Source of the DNA: Podospora anserina
Taxonomy: Eukaryota
Assembly: GCA_017654855.1 (NCBI GenBank)
Contig: CM030332.1
Span: 682,001 to 746,000, forward strand
Length of the DNA: 64,000 nucleotides
Direction of reading: 5' to 3'
The translations under genes were made by a program, and so were the position numbers. The first letter of the stretch is position 1. Every line of letters begins with the position of its first letter. Below are positions 12,228 through 24,600 of the stretch, piece by piece. The notes under the pieces were generated by a model. The model saw nothing but the letters and a program-made list of their open reading frames with translations, searched no databases and had not been told where the DNA came from.

Positions 12228-14105
12228 CTAGGCACTGCTGATATCACCTCCACTATCCTGGGTATTCTTCTCCTCGTCCCCTTTTTCCGTCTTGGGGGAA
12301 CTCGAACTCTCCGCACTATCGCCCACTTGCCTCCCAGCCGTATTCTTCTTTTCATCCCCAACATCTTCAGTCTCAGAAGCCGGAGGGGCAGAGTCTGGTA
12401 GAACCAAGTCTCCCTCCGCATCCTTCTTGACTTCCTCTTCGTCTTTCTTGTCCCCCTCCTCCTTGTCCCCCTCCTCCTTGTCCCCCTCCTCCTTGTCCTC
12501 CTTGACTTTCTTAACAGCTCCACCGCCTTCCAACTCATCGGTTGCTTCTCTCTTTGGGCTCTGGGGAACAACAGCTTCCTCCTTGTTACTATCACTAGCC
12601 TTCGATCCCGGCAGGCCTGTTTGGTCGGGTGGCCGTCCCACGGCAGCCTCGACGTTGATGCCTCTGGATTCTCCGATAGCGAGGGCCGCTGTCCCCACAG
12701 TAAATTGCCCAGTGCCAGCTGGTAAGGGGCCAGTATCCTCCGCCCCTATCTCCTCCGGACCCCTGGCGTGGGGAATCTCTTCTTCATCCTCAGGGTCTGA
12801 GCTCATGGCTGAATCCTCGTCAGGCGAGCCGTTGGCTTGGGCTTGCGCCTGAGCCTGTGCTTGAGCCTGCGCTTGCTGTTGTGCTTGCTGCTGTCTTGCT
12901 AATTGGCTGATGGGGACCACGCCGGCGCGCTGCTCCTGCCTCAAGAGCTCGCCCTGTGTGACGCCCCTCTGGGCGAGAACTGCACCCACACCACCGGCGC
13001 CTGTAGAGGGAATACCATTGACTGAAATGGACACCGTCTCGATTCTTCCCATTCCATTGGGCCCTTCGATCGTCTCGGTACTCTCTGTGCGCACCCTGCC
13101 ATCGAGTTGGTGTGCTTGTCGCTGTTGTAACTGGCGCTGTTGAAGCTGCAGGTGTTGAGAGGGATCAGCCCCTGGTCCTCCTGTGATACCACTAGCGGAC
13201 AGAGGAGACGAGCCACCAGTTTCGCTCCCGGTGTCGCTGCCAGGCCCACCGTTCACTCTGCTGGTTAACCACGGAATAGGTGTTAACAGTGCGCCTCCCA
13301 ACGCTTCGTCCGTGCCAACCGTACTTGCTACGCCCGAGGTTGCTCCAGCGCTCCCGTTAACGGACATACCCATGCCGCTCATGTCTGGTATCGCCGCAGG
13401 TAAGGGGTAAATATTTGCGCCGCTGGTGACATGAACCACACGATCAAGCGCGTGGAGCCATGCTATTACACTCTTGTAGTGCTGTCGTGGGCGAAGCACA
13501 AGCTCAGATAGGCGCTGAATCGTATGAGGTGGGTTTTCGGTGAAGTTCTCTTTCAACACCGAAGTGATCTCATCAAGCATATCCTGGACTGGTTTGGGAA
13601 GCGTGTCGGGCGTTGCTGGCGGCTCAGCTCGGGCTTCGGGCGCCGGCGGGGACGCTGTGGACGGAGGCGCCGGGGCAGATGGCCTCGCGGCTGTGGGGGA
13701 GGAGTTCTCCTTGTTGGTTTCTTGCGAAGAAGGCACCGAGTCGACGGCTAGTTCGGTCGGCTCGGACGAGGGTATCGGGGGAATCAGACGGGGGGACGGT
13801 GGTCGCACAGGCGCTCTGGAAGGAGGCAGTCTGGGGATAGGAAATTCGGTGATGGCAATCTAAACGGAGGTCAGTCGGCCTACCAACATGGTCTAGAGAA
13901 CAATCCATGGCCGTATGAGCCCACCTTCTCGATGCGCGCAACCAGTTCTGGCAGCAGAGCAGGCCAGGCAGAGCTGCGATTTGCAGGTATTAGCGACCGA
14001 CGAGATGCAGCGACCGACTTGTACGAATACTCACTAGACCATGGACGCATCCAGCGCGACCTTTGTGAGGAGGTCATCGCCAGTATCAATATCCATTTCA
14101 GTCAT
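12228..14105 (-). CDS. Protein phosphatase 4 regulatory subunit 2 (PPP4R2/Psy4-like)
   Basis: Exons 14105-14035, 13973-13925 and 13859-12228 with canonical GT-AG introns. Motif FTENPPHTIQRLSELVLRPRQHY...LDRVVHVTS and an acidic C-terminus. Confidence 0.85.
12448..12497. repeat. 15-bp coding tandem repeat (EEGDK x3) in the PPP4R2-like gene
   Basis: TTGTCCCCCTCCTCC is repeated three times. Confidence 0.85.
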
Positions 14106-14926
14106 CCTGATAGCCGCGATAATCAGTTGCGAGACGAAGGCTAAATGCGGCGGTTTGGCGCGTGATCAAGACTTTGGGTTCTCCAAAAGCGCGACTGGGA
14201 AAATGGATGGCGCTAAATGCGAATCCTACCTCTCCAGTTCTGTCGGGATCTCCACTGCGCCGTCTTATTCTGGTGGGTTGCGCTGAGGAAGCAACAAGGA
14301 AGAGCAGGTGGCTGCAGAAGAGCACCCCAGGCAATAAAGCTTAATTGCAAGGCAGGAAGTGCTTTCAAGATGAGATTCCTTGTCAATATTTACAATGGCA
14401 TGCTCAAGGTCTTTCCTGGCCAGCACCGCCTATGTCGCTGGCAGTTGCGCTGCCGGAGGGCAACATGGAGTGCCTGGCGCCGGCAGCCACTGAAGCGTCG
14501 TCATAGCTTTCTCTTGGCGTTTACCGCTCAGGGCAAGGGATCCTCTCTGCCAACACCAGCGATACTCCCAGCAGTCTCCAAACTGCCAACAGCGCCGGCA
14601 GAGGTACCCAACACCTTAACAGCACCGCATGCTCACGAAGCTCCCACCACAGGCTCGCGAACGCCTACCACAGCCCTGCCGCAAGCAACAGCAACCCCCG
14701 CCATCATACGTCAATCCGCCCAGTGGCTGCGAAACCTAACGTCTTGTAACAACCACCACGAACAAGCTCTCGGCTCAACAACACTTCTATTCGAGGTTTT
14801 TGCACTCTCCATCTGTTTTTTAAGCCCAGTTCAGTCATCGACCACAGGTTTTACCAGTCCACACACCCGACATCTGCACGAATTAGAGCCGGCGCAACTC
14901 TCACTGCGCCCCCTCCATCCACCATC

Positions 14927-16435
14927 ATGGCGGTCATTGACCAAGACAACTTTTCCAACATCTCGTGGCACAGTGAACAAAACGACCACGCCGGTCCGAG
15001 TTCTTCTACACCGGACAATATGACCAGTCCTGAGTTCTCCAAGACCATTCCAGATACCGGGAGGTCAAGCAGTGATGGGAGGGGGGGTCGCGATCACAGT
15101 CACCATGGCGATGAAGTCCTAGAGTGCACCGTCTCTGACCCTCACAAGGAGAACGACGGCACCAAGGATGCTTACGTGTCCTATCTTATCACTACCAATG
15201 TATGTTTAGGGACAACCATCGATCCAGGGCCTCCGACTGACCAAGGTGCTACTCTATAGACCACATTCTCTACCTTCCAACGACCCGTGACCACCGTTCG
15301 CCGTCGTTTCACCGATTTCGTGTTTCTCTACAGAGTTCTATGTCAAGAATACCAGGCATCCGCCATCCCGCCACTGCCCGACAAGCAGCGCATGGAATAT
15401 GTGCGGGGAGACAGGTTTGGCCCCGACTTTACTGCTCGACGAGCATACTCGTTCCAGCGCTTCCTTTCCCGATTAGCACTGCATCCCGACCTCCGCCGAG
15501 CCCCTATTTTCCACACTTTCCTCGAAAGCCATGACTGGAACGCAACCATGCATGCCCGTCAAGCACGGGGATCCCTAGCCCCTCCTCTTGAGGCTGGGAG
15601 TCCAGGACCCCAGGCGGGAGGCGACGGCTTCCTCAATACCTTTACAGATTCGTTCATGAACGCCTTCACCAAAACCCAAAAGCCTGATCGTCGTTTCGTT
15701 GATACCAAAGAAAAGGCCGACAAGCTCGACGAAGATTTGACCCACGTGGAAAAGGTTGTCGCGCGCGTTGTCCGGAGGGAAGCCGACCTCGAGACGGATC
15801 ACAAGGATTTGGCTGAGCAATTCCAAAAGCTCATCACTCTCGAGCCAGGGGTTGAATCAGCTGTTCACGCCTTTGCGGCCTCGGTGGAGGATACCGCCAC
15901 GGGGCTCAAAAAGCTCAAAGACAGTACCGATCAAGACTATCTCGGCTCCTTGCGTGACATGGTGGCCTATTCGGGCGCCTTGAAGGGTCTGATCAAGGCT
16001 CGGGAGCAAAAACAGCTCGACTACGAACAGCTAATCGAATACTTGAACAAGGCCACATCGGAGCGCGATTCCCTGACGTCGGGGCACTCCTATGTCGGTC
16101 CTCTCGGCGGCGCGGGCGGCTTCATCCGGAGCAAAATCGAGGACGTCAGGGGCGTGGATCACGAACAGGCTCGAAGAGACCGGCTCCGTAAGTTGGAGCT
16201 CCGGATCGACGAACTGACCAGGGCGGTGGAAAACGCCAGGACCGAGTCGGAGAACTTTGGGGAGCAGGTCGGGAGGGAGGTGGAGAGCTTTGAGTATATT
16301 AAGAAGATTGAGCTCAAGAAGCAGTTTGGGGGGTTTGTGGACAGTCATATTGACTTTTACCAGAGTACCATCGAGACGTGGGAGAAGTATGTGCAGGAGA
16401 TGGAGGCTGAGGGTGCGGTGCAACCTGCGGCTTAG
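14927..16435 (+). CDS. snx4: Sorting nexin-4 / Atg24 (PX-BAR)
   Basis: Exon 1 14927-15199, intron 15200-15259, exon 2 15260-16435. PX motifs VSYLITT, VRRRFTDFVFL and PPLPDKQRMEYVRGDRF. BAR region with REQKQLDYEQL. Confidence 0.95.
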
Positions 16436-16876
16436 AAGGCCGACTGAGTTGGTTTGCGGCCTGTGTCTTGGGGGTTTATCCAATACAGCGATATTTATAA
16501 GGCAATTGAGATGGTGTTTTTGTAAACAGGCTGTCTTGGGTGGTGAATAGGTGACGAGAATGCCCTAATGATTTCTACCAGAACATCATCATCCACTTCG
16601 TGACATACCCAAACAATCAACCTCAGGTCCCAATCAACAAGAAAGCAGCCCTCTATTCTGTACCGTTTTCCTCAAAGAGACACAATTCGCCGCCAACTAC
16701 AGACAAGAAAAACACTGAGCCTACAAACAGCCAGGACATACACAAAAACAAAACCAAGTGATGATTCTGCTCTAACAATGCTAATTCCATGAACAGGTTT
16801 TTCAAAAAAGCCAAACAAACTCCCCCTTCCATCCCATTGCACTTCTTCTTCCCCTTGCTTCCCCCGAAGCTACTGT

Positions 16877-19572
16877 CTACCTCCTCAAAGGCCTCTCCTC
16901 CTCACTCTCCTCCCCCTCCGACCCACTCTCCTCACTCCCAATAACATGCTGCTCATCCTCCTCCTCCTCATCACTATGTCTCCTCATCCCACCCTTCTCA
17001 TCAAACCTCTCCCCCGACTCCGACCTCGAGCTCCTCTGCCCAGACGAACTCCCACCCGAAGAAGGCTGGTCTCTATACCCAACACCCCTTTCATCACCCC
17101 CCGCACCACCACCAAACTCATCCTCATCGTCGCTCCCCCCAGCAAAAGCATCATACAGCTCCCCACCTCTCGTCCTCCCTTTTCTGCCCCCTGCCCCCGC
17201 CGCAGCGACCCCCTTTTCGCTGTTGTTGCCAGCCAGACCTTCCGCTTCTTCCTCGTCGAGAAGCTCGAATTCGTACTCGTTTCTCGGGTTGTTTCTCAAC
17301 CTCTTGCGGCGGGCGAGATAGAAATAAATTCCGAGCCCGGAGCAGAAAAGTACAATCAGGACGAGGGATCCATAAATCCAGACTTGAGTAGCCTTGGACA
17401 TGCCAAACGAGGGAAGGAATGAGGGCAACCAGTTGCTGGCCTGGGTGTTTTCTGGCTCGGCCTCTTGCGAATCCGTGCCGGTAGACTCTGACGGCTGGGG
17501 GGGTTTGATCGGGCGGCTGGGAACTTCGGTAGGTTGAACGGAGGGGTTGCCGTCTGGGTTTCCGGTGCCGACGGGAGGGGCGACAGTGGTGGTGACGGCG
17601 CCGACGGTGGTGGTGGCGAGGTTGGCGTGGTCGTTGTCGTCTTCCTCTGTGGGCATGGGGAGAACCTTGGCCTTGGAAGCATCGCGCGACTCGCCCCAGA
17701 GTTTGAGGTGCCAGTCCGTGAAGCTGCCTGTGAAGTCGTTTACGTTGGTGTCCTTGACTATGATGGTCCAGGTGCCGACACCAGATTCACCCCTGTTTTG
17801 GTTGGTTAGTGCCAAGAGTGATTAGGAAACAAAAAGGGGGAGACGTACCAGTGAGCAACACTCATAAAAGTCCAGTCGTCGTAGCCCTCGGTGGAATCAT
17901 CAAACTTGCGTGTGGTGGAGAGATGGCTGACAACCTTGTTGGGGCTGATCAGGTCGACGCTCACATCGCCGCGGCGGGCGTGCTTGAGGTTCATAGTGAC
18001 AGTGACATGCTCGAGACGCTCAAGGTTGGCCTCCTTGAGCATGTCCTCGGTAACCTCAAAGGGAACAGCAATGCCCTTGTCACCCTGGGGAATGGGCTGG
18101 TTGACGTGAATCCAAGGAGAATAGAACCAAGCCTGGGGCTTCACGTTCTTCCACTTCTTAGCAGCATGGACAATGGCGTAGCTGTCAAGCTTGCCATAGC
18201 CGTAAGTGTGACTGAAGCGCTTGCCAATGGTGGTGGGCTGCCAATCTCCGTCGTTTTCATTGAGAGGAATGGCCGTGTCCATGGCAAGGTATTGCATATC
18301 ACGCCAGGTAAGATCCGGGCGCACCGAAAGCACAAGAGCAAAGATACCAGCCGCGAGCGGTGCAGCCGCCGACGTCCCTCCATGTGTGTTGGAGCATGCA
18401 TTCTGGCCAACATCGGTGGTGTGGATCGCATCACCGCTGCCACTGGAGTAAGTGACGACGAGACCAGCCGAGCACTTCTCAGAGTAGTAGGGGTGCAGCC
18501 CCTTTCGGTCGATGGCGCCAACCGTGATGCTGTAAATGCTGTTTGTGTATCCGTCAAAGTTGCAGTTGTCCTCCGCCATGGCACCGTTACCGCTCGCGAA
18601 CACATAGATTGACCCCAGACCTTGTCTCCCGTTCTGAACAGCGTTGAGCATGGCACGCTTGATCAGAATACCAGGAGCATCCATGCTCTTGCCGTCATCT
18701 GGGGGACCCCATGAGCAAGAGTAGATTTGGTTGTGGTCAAAGTCGTAATTCATAGCAACGGCCTCATCGGCGTCCGAGATCAGCTTAGAAAGAATGCGCT
18801 GGCCGGATATCCTGGCATCATAGGCAACGCCGACACCGCACACGGTATTCCTACCGGCTGCGACCTCGCCGGCGCAACGAGTTCCATGCCTGTCGTCTGA
18901 TAGACGAGGTTTCGGCTCCTCCGTCTTATCGTTGAAGTCGTAAGATCCGGCAGCATAGTAATTGTCCTTCAGATCATCGCTGTACATGTCCAACCCATCA
19001 TCGACAATGGCCACTGTGGCATTCTTTCCAGTAATGCCCTCCAGCCAGAGACCTGTTACGTTCACATCGTGTCCGACCTCGACCGTATTGAATAGATGCC
19101 ATTGCTCGTTGAAGATAGGGTCCTGGATCTGGAGTGCCTGTGCAACCTCTGCCTGCGCCTTGAGCGCCGAGTCTACCCCGACCTGCGGTTTCGGCTTGGG
19201 GATGGCTTCTGGTCGTCGTGCAGGAATGATGCGCTTCTCCCATGGTTTTCGCAACTTTTGTTTCTCGGAAAAGAGGACACCGTCCAAGACATCATAACCA
19301 CCGATCGACCGCTTCCTCCGTCTTCTTTCCGTCAGCTCCCTTTTGACAATATCGTGCTCTGCCTTTCTTGCGACAAAGATGTGGTGGTCCTTGAGGTTTC
19401 CAAGAGGACCTTCGTGCGACAGCCCCAAGCTCCTTGCTACCTGGATAGGGGATGTCTGGGCGTCGAGGTGAAGGACGTAATAGTCGTTTGCGTCGTAATT
19501 CCTGGGGAGGACTTGAGATGCGGATGCATAGGCAGCAAGGACCAGCAGAGCCGTGGCCGATGGAATCTTCAT
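16877..19572 (-). CDS. kex2: Kexin (Kex2) dibasic proprotein convertase
   Basis: Signal peptide, propeptide with RRKR/EKR sites, and catalytic motifs VDDGLD, HGTRCAGE and HGGTSAAAP. P-domain is split by intron 17848-17793 (spliced VAHWGESGVG). A TM helix and acidic cytosolic tail with YEFELL follow. Confidence 0.97.
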
Positions 19573-21650
19573 CGTCTCGTTCTAGAAGGTCGAGGGCTCA
19601 GGGGCACCTCGTTGAATCCCCGGAAGGGTGCAGATGTCGAGATTAACGGAAAACGCCGACTGACATGTGGACACGCAACTCGATGTCGAATGGTCGCGCA
19701 AGAACTGGACTCCTGGAGCAATGGTTCGTTGTTGTTGAGTGTTGCGCGCTTGGAACGAGACTTCGAAACGAAGGGAGTGCGAAGCCGTTCGAGTCGCTGG
19801 CCAGTTGTGGTGGTGGTGGCAATGGATGTTGTGTGTGGTACCAGCAACTGCGTTTCAGGAGTGGAAACACAACCTTCGGTGGCGGACAGGCCGTTTCCTC
19901 TCCACCCCGGGTTTTGCTTCTTGATCTGGGGCTGGCTTTTGGAGGTTCGTTCGGGCGTCTCCTCTGTCGTAGTGGAGAGGTGGCCTTGAGGATTGTTTCG
20001 TCTCACCCGATCAACCAGTCGTCCAGGCGAACACAGGCAGTCTTCGTAATGCCAACGTCGCAGTTTGTGGTACGTGCCACTTCCCCTTCACCTCTGGCTT
20101 GGCAACTGGCTGTTTTAAGGGACTGTGGGTCAACTGGTGTAAGACGGACCAATAAGACGGCAGCACGTCCAGCCGTCAAGGTGTCAACCTTTGATATTGT
20201 TGAGATCTTGAAGGTGAAGAAAGCTGTTTAACTTGACTGAATGCAATTCTCACGAGGCATGGTGTTGGGAGAAATCTCTACAAACTATCAGCTCTTTAAT
20301 TGACTGTCTTCTTTGTCTTTTGCCCCTGTGGACAAATTTCTTCATCAGCAGCGCAATCGGCAGTTCAATTCGGTCTTTATCCTTTGTCCCTCAGCCTTCC
20401 TCTTTAAACCTCGAGTGTCTCGGAGGCGGGCTGAGGACTTGTATACCTAGCACTGGCAACCTCTTCAGACCATGAAAGGTACTCATAAGAAACAAAATAA
20501 ATAGGCGTAAACCAGCAACAAAGTACACATAGTTTATCATGAGCTCACTGTGTGGGCACACAGGTGGGGATAACCGTTCAGCCTCCCGTTTCCATGAGGT
20601 GGATATCGAAGACAAACACGTTCGAGTGGGACGAACGCATGTGGATGGGCACACGCAGACTGATGCGGGTACCTACTCGGTATATATATGTAAGTGTGGT
20701 GAGGTGATGGGGTGGTGACGCTCCGGAGCCGCGCTGTCGTGAATAGGAGAGGTTGGTGTTGTCTCTCCACAGCCCCAGTTGCCTTTGGCACTTTGGATCG
20801 AGCTCACCGAGAAGCCCGGCCATGTCATTGGCCGGCAACACAGGTTGTAGAAACCGAGTGATGGTAAGACCAAATAGCCCTATCCATCAGTGGATGCTCT
20901 GCCAGATGCCGAAGCAGCATCACCAAGCAGAGCAGACAATGGCTGCCCGCCCTGAGACATGGTGTCATCCGAACCGGTCATCGAAGCCGTCAAAGCTTCC
21001 ATCTGAAGGTTTGTTCCTGTGCCTGACATGTTGCCAACACTCGATCGCCAGTGGAGACGGGATCACGGATCAAACACCAACCACCACATTTTGAACGACA
21101 CCATGTTCTCGATAATATCAAACTGCCAAGCCAGCGACGTCCAAGGTTGCGGTCTCTCCCGCCTTTCGATTTTTGAGAACCCCTGTCGGCGGGTCTTTTG
21201 GAGCTGTGATGTGGCCCAGTGGATGGCAACGAACGGCTTCTCACTGGCCCAGCAGCCTGACAGCATCCCGATACCCCTGCAAACGACGCTCTGGCGGCAG
21301 GAACAACCCTGGACAGCCTCTCCGAGTCCCCAGCCCAACTTGCCAAGCTTGAGGTCTTCCCACCCAAGCATCCCAAGCTTTCCCCAGGCCCATCCCAGGA
21401 CAGCTCTCGGTACATACAATAACTCGCAAATGCCCCCCAAGTGAGGTGGTCGCGAAACCCCAGAGCCCGAGGACGCATGTGTCTGCACAACATTGGCTAT
21501 TCTGGGACCTTGCAGCTCTCGTGAACGAAACGAGGCGTCTTGGAGCGGTCAGCCTACCCACCCCACCAGGGCATCGATTGCAACGCCGACGGCCAACAAT
21601 CGCCAAACTCGAATCGAAGCCTCACATTGGGACTGGAACCCAACGGCCAC

Positions 21651-24600
21651 ATGTCGTCGACCACTAACCCTTATTGGGGCGAGCTCCCGGCTCCCCAGGT
21701 GAAAGCCCGTCGCTTGTCTGATGACCAGCCCCAGACTCATGATAACCGCCAGTCATTGGATGTTGGCGCCCAGGCACAGGTCAGACCGAACCGCGCATCC
21801 GTTCAGACTACAAAATCAGATGCGCCAACCGAATCCACCCTGAGCCCCTTCGCATCGCCAACCGCCTCGAGCTTTCAGGGTCAGGGACTTGCTCCTCGTC
21901 CGCCATCCCTACCGTACGCCGCCAACCAATATCCACCCGAGCTCGTAGAGAACAGACGAAAGAGAAGGAGTCGCAACCTGGAACAGGACGAAGAATACTA
22001 CGCCGCAGCATTAGCAGCAGCATCATCAGCAGCAGCATCGGGCCCTCCTCCCGCTGCTCCTGACGTCCCCCGTACTGCCGCAAACTACCGTTACCCGCCT
22101 TCGAGCAGTGGAAATAGGAATATGGATGTTGACGATTACTACAAGGCCGCCGGTCCGGAGCATCACCCGGTGTTGGACAGAGCGCAGAAGACGCTGGACG
22201 AATCCGCGCTACCTCGATCACACCGATCCAATGGCCAACCTCGCAGGACATCTGCTGCCGAGCAGAACCTCCAGAGAAGTACCAGGAGAACCTCGACGCA
22301 GGACCGATCCAGAATGTTGGCAGACGACCGTTCACCCCTTCAAAGGCTGGAACTGACCCTCGACAGTATTTCCAAAGAAGACAAACGCGCCCGCCTCGAG
22401 GCTGCTGAGAGAGCTGCCCGCAACAGAACCGGTGGAACGACCTACGATGCCGACAACATCACCCAATCGGCACGCCGACCCCGGCGGACCTCTTTGACGG
22501 CTGGAGATACACCAGGAACCCCAGGAACCCCAGGAACCCCCTCAAGGCCGACAACCCAGCGCGCAACCCCCGGACAGAACGGACCCCTCTCTCAGAACCC
22601 CCCAGAAGATGGACAACCTTTCAGCGCCCCAACCGACAGATCCCCGAGAGGACAGGCTTCCGACTCGCAAGCAGCCTCACCAGGTCAGTCATCAGGAATC
22701 CCACAACGGAATCTCAGCTTCCGTGAACGTGCCGCAAAGAGTGATATAAAGTTGCCAAATGATGTTGGAGATGTTGCGCCAAAAGAGACCTTGCCAGTGA
22801 CCTCTCCGCCCAAGAGCGGCAGCAACAAGCTCAAAAAGAACCGGGCGAACCCAAATGACACTTGGCCCAGGAGAGTATCTGTGTCCGAGTCTGAGGTAGA
22901 GGAGGCCCGCAAGCCTCTGGAAGGCAGCCATTCGAATACACAAACAATTCACGTCGTTCCCACAACGCCAGTCACCCCTAGATTTCCTGGAGAACCTGTG
23001 CGCCTCAATGGCACGGGGACGGGATCAGTCCGATCGTCCTCACACGGGCGAAGAGACTCTATGGCCGCTGACCGCGAGTTTTACGAAGATGAAATGTACC
23101 CCCCGCGTCCCGCAAAACTCCAAAAGACGCCCAGCCAGAGGAAAGCCGATCAGATCCTCGGCCGAGTACCACCCAACACAGTTGCAGCGAATGGCGCACA
23201 GCAAGTGGGCGCTATCTCTCGGGATCAAGTATCTCCTGCGGCTCCAGTGGCACCGGCACCGGCTGTAGACAATGCCTCCCAATCTGCCCACCGTTCAGCA
23301 CGAAGAGACAACCGAAGTGACAGCGAAAGTGATGACGAGGGGGGGCACCATGTGTCCAATCTTGTCTACCACGGCCGCGACAGATATGTTCCTGGCGATG
23401 GTCTCTACCAACCTACACCGTACTTGGATGAATGGCAAAAGGGCACAGTTGGTGCTCTCACAGGCGCTCTGCTGGACCTCGAGGACGTACCACCTTCGAC
23501 CGCAGAGAAGGGTGGCGCAGGTAACGGGACCTGGTGGGAGTCGCCAAAGTCAAGAACTCGGGCAAGCAGCCTGTCCAGCCGGCCAAAGAAGGCTGAGGCG
23601 TTCGAGGGTGAATATGATGATACAAACGGTACGCAGACCCCTACCTCGTCAGCTTTTTACCCCAACATCAGCGCAGTCCAAAGTGGTGATCTCAGTCGGC
23701 TGTCTGAAGGTGAAGTCGGGCGGCGTTTGACCAGCAAGAACCAGGACCTCAAAAAGAAGGGCAATCGAGGGAGACGCTGGGAAGGGCTACGACCCTTCAG
23801 CCCGAGCCCTGCGGATCTTGCTGCTGCTTTGACTCTGAATGATTCACGAGACAGCCTCGACTGTTTTTCGATTTGTAGTGATGCATTCTCAGGGAAAGCA
23901 GCAGTGTCCTATTCCAGTACATCGATCCCCTGCTTTTCTCCGTTCGTTATCGTCAGCGTGTTGAGATCCTGGTACTGACGTGTATTCCTTCTACAGCGCC
24001 CACGCGATTCAAGCCTCCTCTCTATCTGAAGTGCGGTCCTCTGCTGAGATATTGCGGAATCCGACATGAGCGTGTGCCCAGCCGCTCCACCCGCGGTGCC
24101 AGCGTTGATCGTGAAATCTGGAGGGGCTCCATCATGATTGTGACCACCGACAAAGACTCATCGTATGACATCGCCCCAACGCTGAGACTGTTTGTTCAGC
24201 CTATCGAGCTTCTGCCACTGCCACCAAAGCAGGTTCCGGGCGATGAGCCTTTGGCAGCTGAGTATGTCGACCCCATTGCGGGACATCCCAAGCTGGGCCG
24301 AAAGGGCGAGACTCTCTATGTCAGGCCGGTCGACCATCTCGAGCCAGGACGTGATGTATCAAGAGATGAGACCGATGATGGGCTTTTCGAAAAGACGAGA
24401 AGTCCACCTGAGGGACCTCTCCCGGGTGGTTCGGCCGATCCCCCTGGCTCATTTGCTGCCCGGCGGAAGCGGGCGGAGATGGACGGTGAGAAGGCTGGCA
24501 AGTACAAGGACGTCCGGGGCTTTAGGTTGCATGCCGAACACGGCTACACCTTCTGGAGATTCAATGTTGAGATCGAGCTGCGAGACAAGCAGCAGCGCAT

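Noticed and set aside
14217..15023. 268-aa plus-strand ORF upstream of and overlapping SNX4
   Set aside because: Non-ATG start, UTR/promoter-like composition, no domain, and out of frame with SNX4.
19569..20006. 145-aa ORF ending across the KEX2 start codon (possible uORF)
   Set aside because: Non-ATG start with no internal Met; the composition looks like 5' UTR.
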